Assembly: GCF_006345805.1 (NCBI RefSeq) | Contig: NW_021825666.1 | Span: 1-17,653, forward strand | Direction of reading: 5' to 3' | From: Octopus sinensis | Lineage: Eukaryota | Length of the DNA: 17,653 bases | Shown here: piece after piece, positions 15,763 through 17,653 of the stretch | Numbering within the stretch: the first letter of the stretch is position 1 | Layout of the letters: each line of letters begins with the position of its first letter | Notes under the pieces: model-generated | Told to the model about the DNA's origin: nothing | What the model saw: the letters and a program-made list of their open reading frames with translations, nothing else | The model's database searches: none | Made by a program: the position numbers and the translations under genes

Positions 15763-16082
15763 TGAAATTCCAAGGTATTTTCACTGGCAACAATTTAGTT
15801 GGTAAACTTACTCCGAGAATTGTTTCTGCTCACGTTTGCTGCTTCATGATCGTTTGATAAAGTAACGAGCATTCCTACTTGTGTTAGACATATATTATAT
15901 TATATATATTATATTATATGTTATATGTAAGTAATGTTCATAAGCAATGTGTTGAGCTAGCTGTCTATCCAGCGAGACAACAGCTATTTTATCAGATAGC
16001 TTAGACACGTAGCCGCCCGCTCATCTATCAAATTGACTTGCATTTCTAGCCTTCTAGCTTCGCATATTTGTATTGTGTATTG

Positions 16083-16192
16083 AGAGAAAGAGAAATATAG
16101 ATAGAGATACATAGAGAGAGATAGAGGAAGAGAGAGAGAGAGTGAGAGAGAGAGAGACAGTTAGATAGATAGATAGATAGATATATAGAGAG

Positions 16193-16243
<51 letters not shown>

Positions 16244-16292
16244 GATAGAGAGAGAGAGAGAGAGATAGATAAATAGATAGATAGATAAATAA

Positions 16293-16361
<69 letters not shown>

Positions 16362-16423
16362 CCAATACATAAATATACATACATATATGCATATATATGT
16401 GTGTATATTTATATACATATATA

Positions 16424-16465
<42 letters not shown>

Positions 16466-16500
16466 ATATATAATATATATAAGATATATATATACATACA
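16083..16500. repeat. (AG)n, (GATA)n and (TA)n microsatellites
   Basis: Read directly. Confidence 0.96.
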
Positions 16501-17122
16501 CGCACACAAACTCATAAAAGAGGAATTTAAAAATACATTACGGAGGATATATTGTAAACAATATAAAAATTATTTACTAATATATCAATGACCAGAACAT
16601 GTAATCAAAAAGTATTTTATTGTCATGAGGTATCGTATGAGCGGTTATAGTGGCTTTATAGCGGTTTTGACTGCTATTTCTAGACATATAATGGTTTTTA
16701 CAACCCTTTCCGTTATAATTGTGAATAAATCACAATTATAGAAACTTCTTTTATGACATATATATATATATATATATCAAACAGCCGAAATTTGCCATGA
16801 TGAATCGGTTTCTGACTGAAGAATGAAGGCTCTGAATTACTGTCCGTTTTTTCCGTGTTTGTCAATTCGTGAATTTCACGTTCTTTATATATAAGCTTAT
16901 TATTAATATATATATAATTTATATATATATATATTATATATATATATAGTATATATATATATATATATATTCGATTAAATGGAGACGCTTGAAACGGCCG
17001 TAATGCACTAATACATTGACATTCTTCTTACTTATATGAACTATGTTTGTACTGTTCAGAAATTCTCCCTCAATTCAAAATTAGGTATATTATGAATATC
17101 AACTGCCATTAAGTAAGGTAAT

Positions 17123-17220
17123 ATAGTAGAAAAATATACGTGCCAAGGTGCCGCGAAGTAGAACTGAACTTGAAACTATATGGCTGCCAAGCGAGCTTTC
17201 TAGCCACACAGCCATGCCTG
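17123..17220 (-). mobile_element. SINE family 2, 5' tRNA-like half, diverged
   Basis: Minus strand: CAGGCATGGCTGTGTGG...AAGTTCAGTTCTACTTCGCGGCACCTTGG; aligns to 14723-14814. Confidence 0.75.
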
Positions 17221-17337
17221 ATTCTAAGCAAGTTTGTATACAAACAACCTCGCTGTCGATACACCCCGTTTAACGAAGTAGAGTATAACTAATTTCGTCT
17301 CGTGGGGAGTGTCTTCTGGTATTCGTCCTTGAGAGGA

Positions 17338-17341
<4 letters not shown>

Positions 17342-17380
<39 letters not shown>

Positions 17381-17507
17381 CATACATACATACATGGAGA
17401 CAGACAGATAGGCAGACAAACAGACAAGCAGACATACCAATACACAAAAGAGCAACATTTTACATATTAAAAAAAAATATGCAGAATAACAAACGAGTCA
17501 CAATGCT

Positions 17508-17565
<58 letters not shown>
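17342..17565. repeat. (AG)n-(ACAT)n-(AGAC)n tract and a downstream (CT)n tract
   Basis: Read directly. Confidence 0.93.
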
Positions 17566-17569
<4 letters not shown>

Positions 17570-17653
17570 GCATAACAATACTCTTGCTACCAGTGTATAT
17601 AACTTACTAAAGTACAGCGGGAAGGATTTGTGGGTAACTGGACACAAGGACAC

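Noticed and set aside
15588-15857. ORF with MAAAAAMKFQ and a possible AG|GT donor
   Set aside because: Embedded in compound trinucleotide repeats; no recognisable protein or strong splice context

Overview
Gene-free, very AT-rich animal DNA made mostly of microsatellites and retroposon debris. The SINE and LINE families resemble those I recall from octopus (cephalopod) genomes; this is recognition, not a search result. No intact host gene is visible, and almost all track ORFs are translations of simple repeats. Main contents: (1) a nest of same-orientation (minus-strand), 5'-truncated R4/Dong-like RLE non-LTR retrotransposons at 2996-6286, plus a further 3'-end fragment at 13025, each bordered by (TAA)n-type tracts; (2) a 6.4-kb interrupted (TTA)n array with an apparently exact 1948-bp-period internal duplication; (3) copies of two tRNA-derived SINE families, one with three different 3' tails and one forming a tail-to-tail foldback; (4) a 335-bp tandem duplication containing a conserved ~95-nt stem-closed unit with TATA, A/B-box-like and poly-T signals, a candidate small RNA gene; (5) a 99-bp insertion in a LINE that looks like an inverted copy of a locus 5.5 kb away; (6) a 10.4-kb-spaced duplication with a near-invariant 70-bp core.
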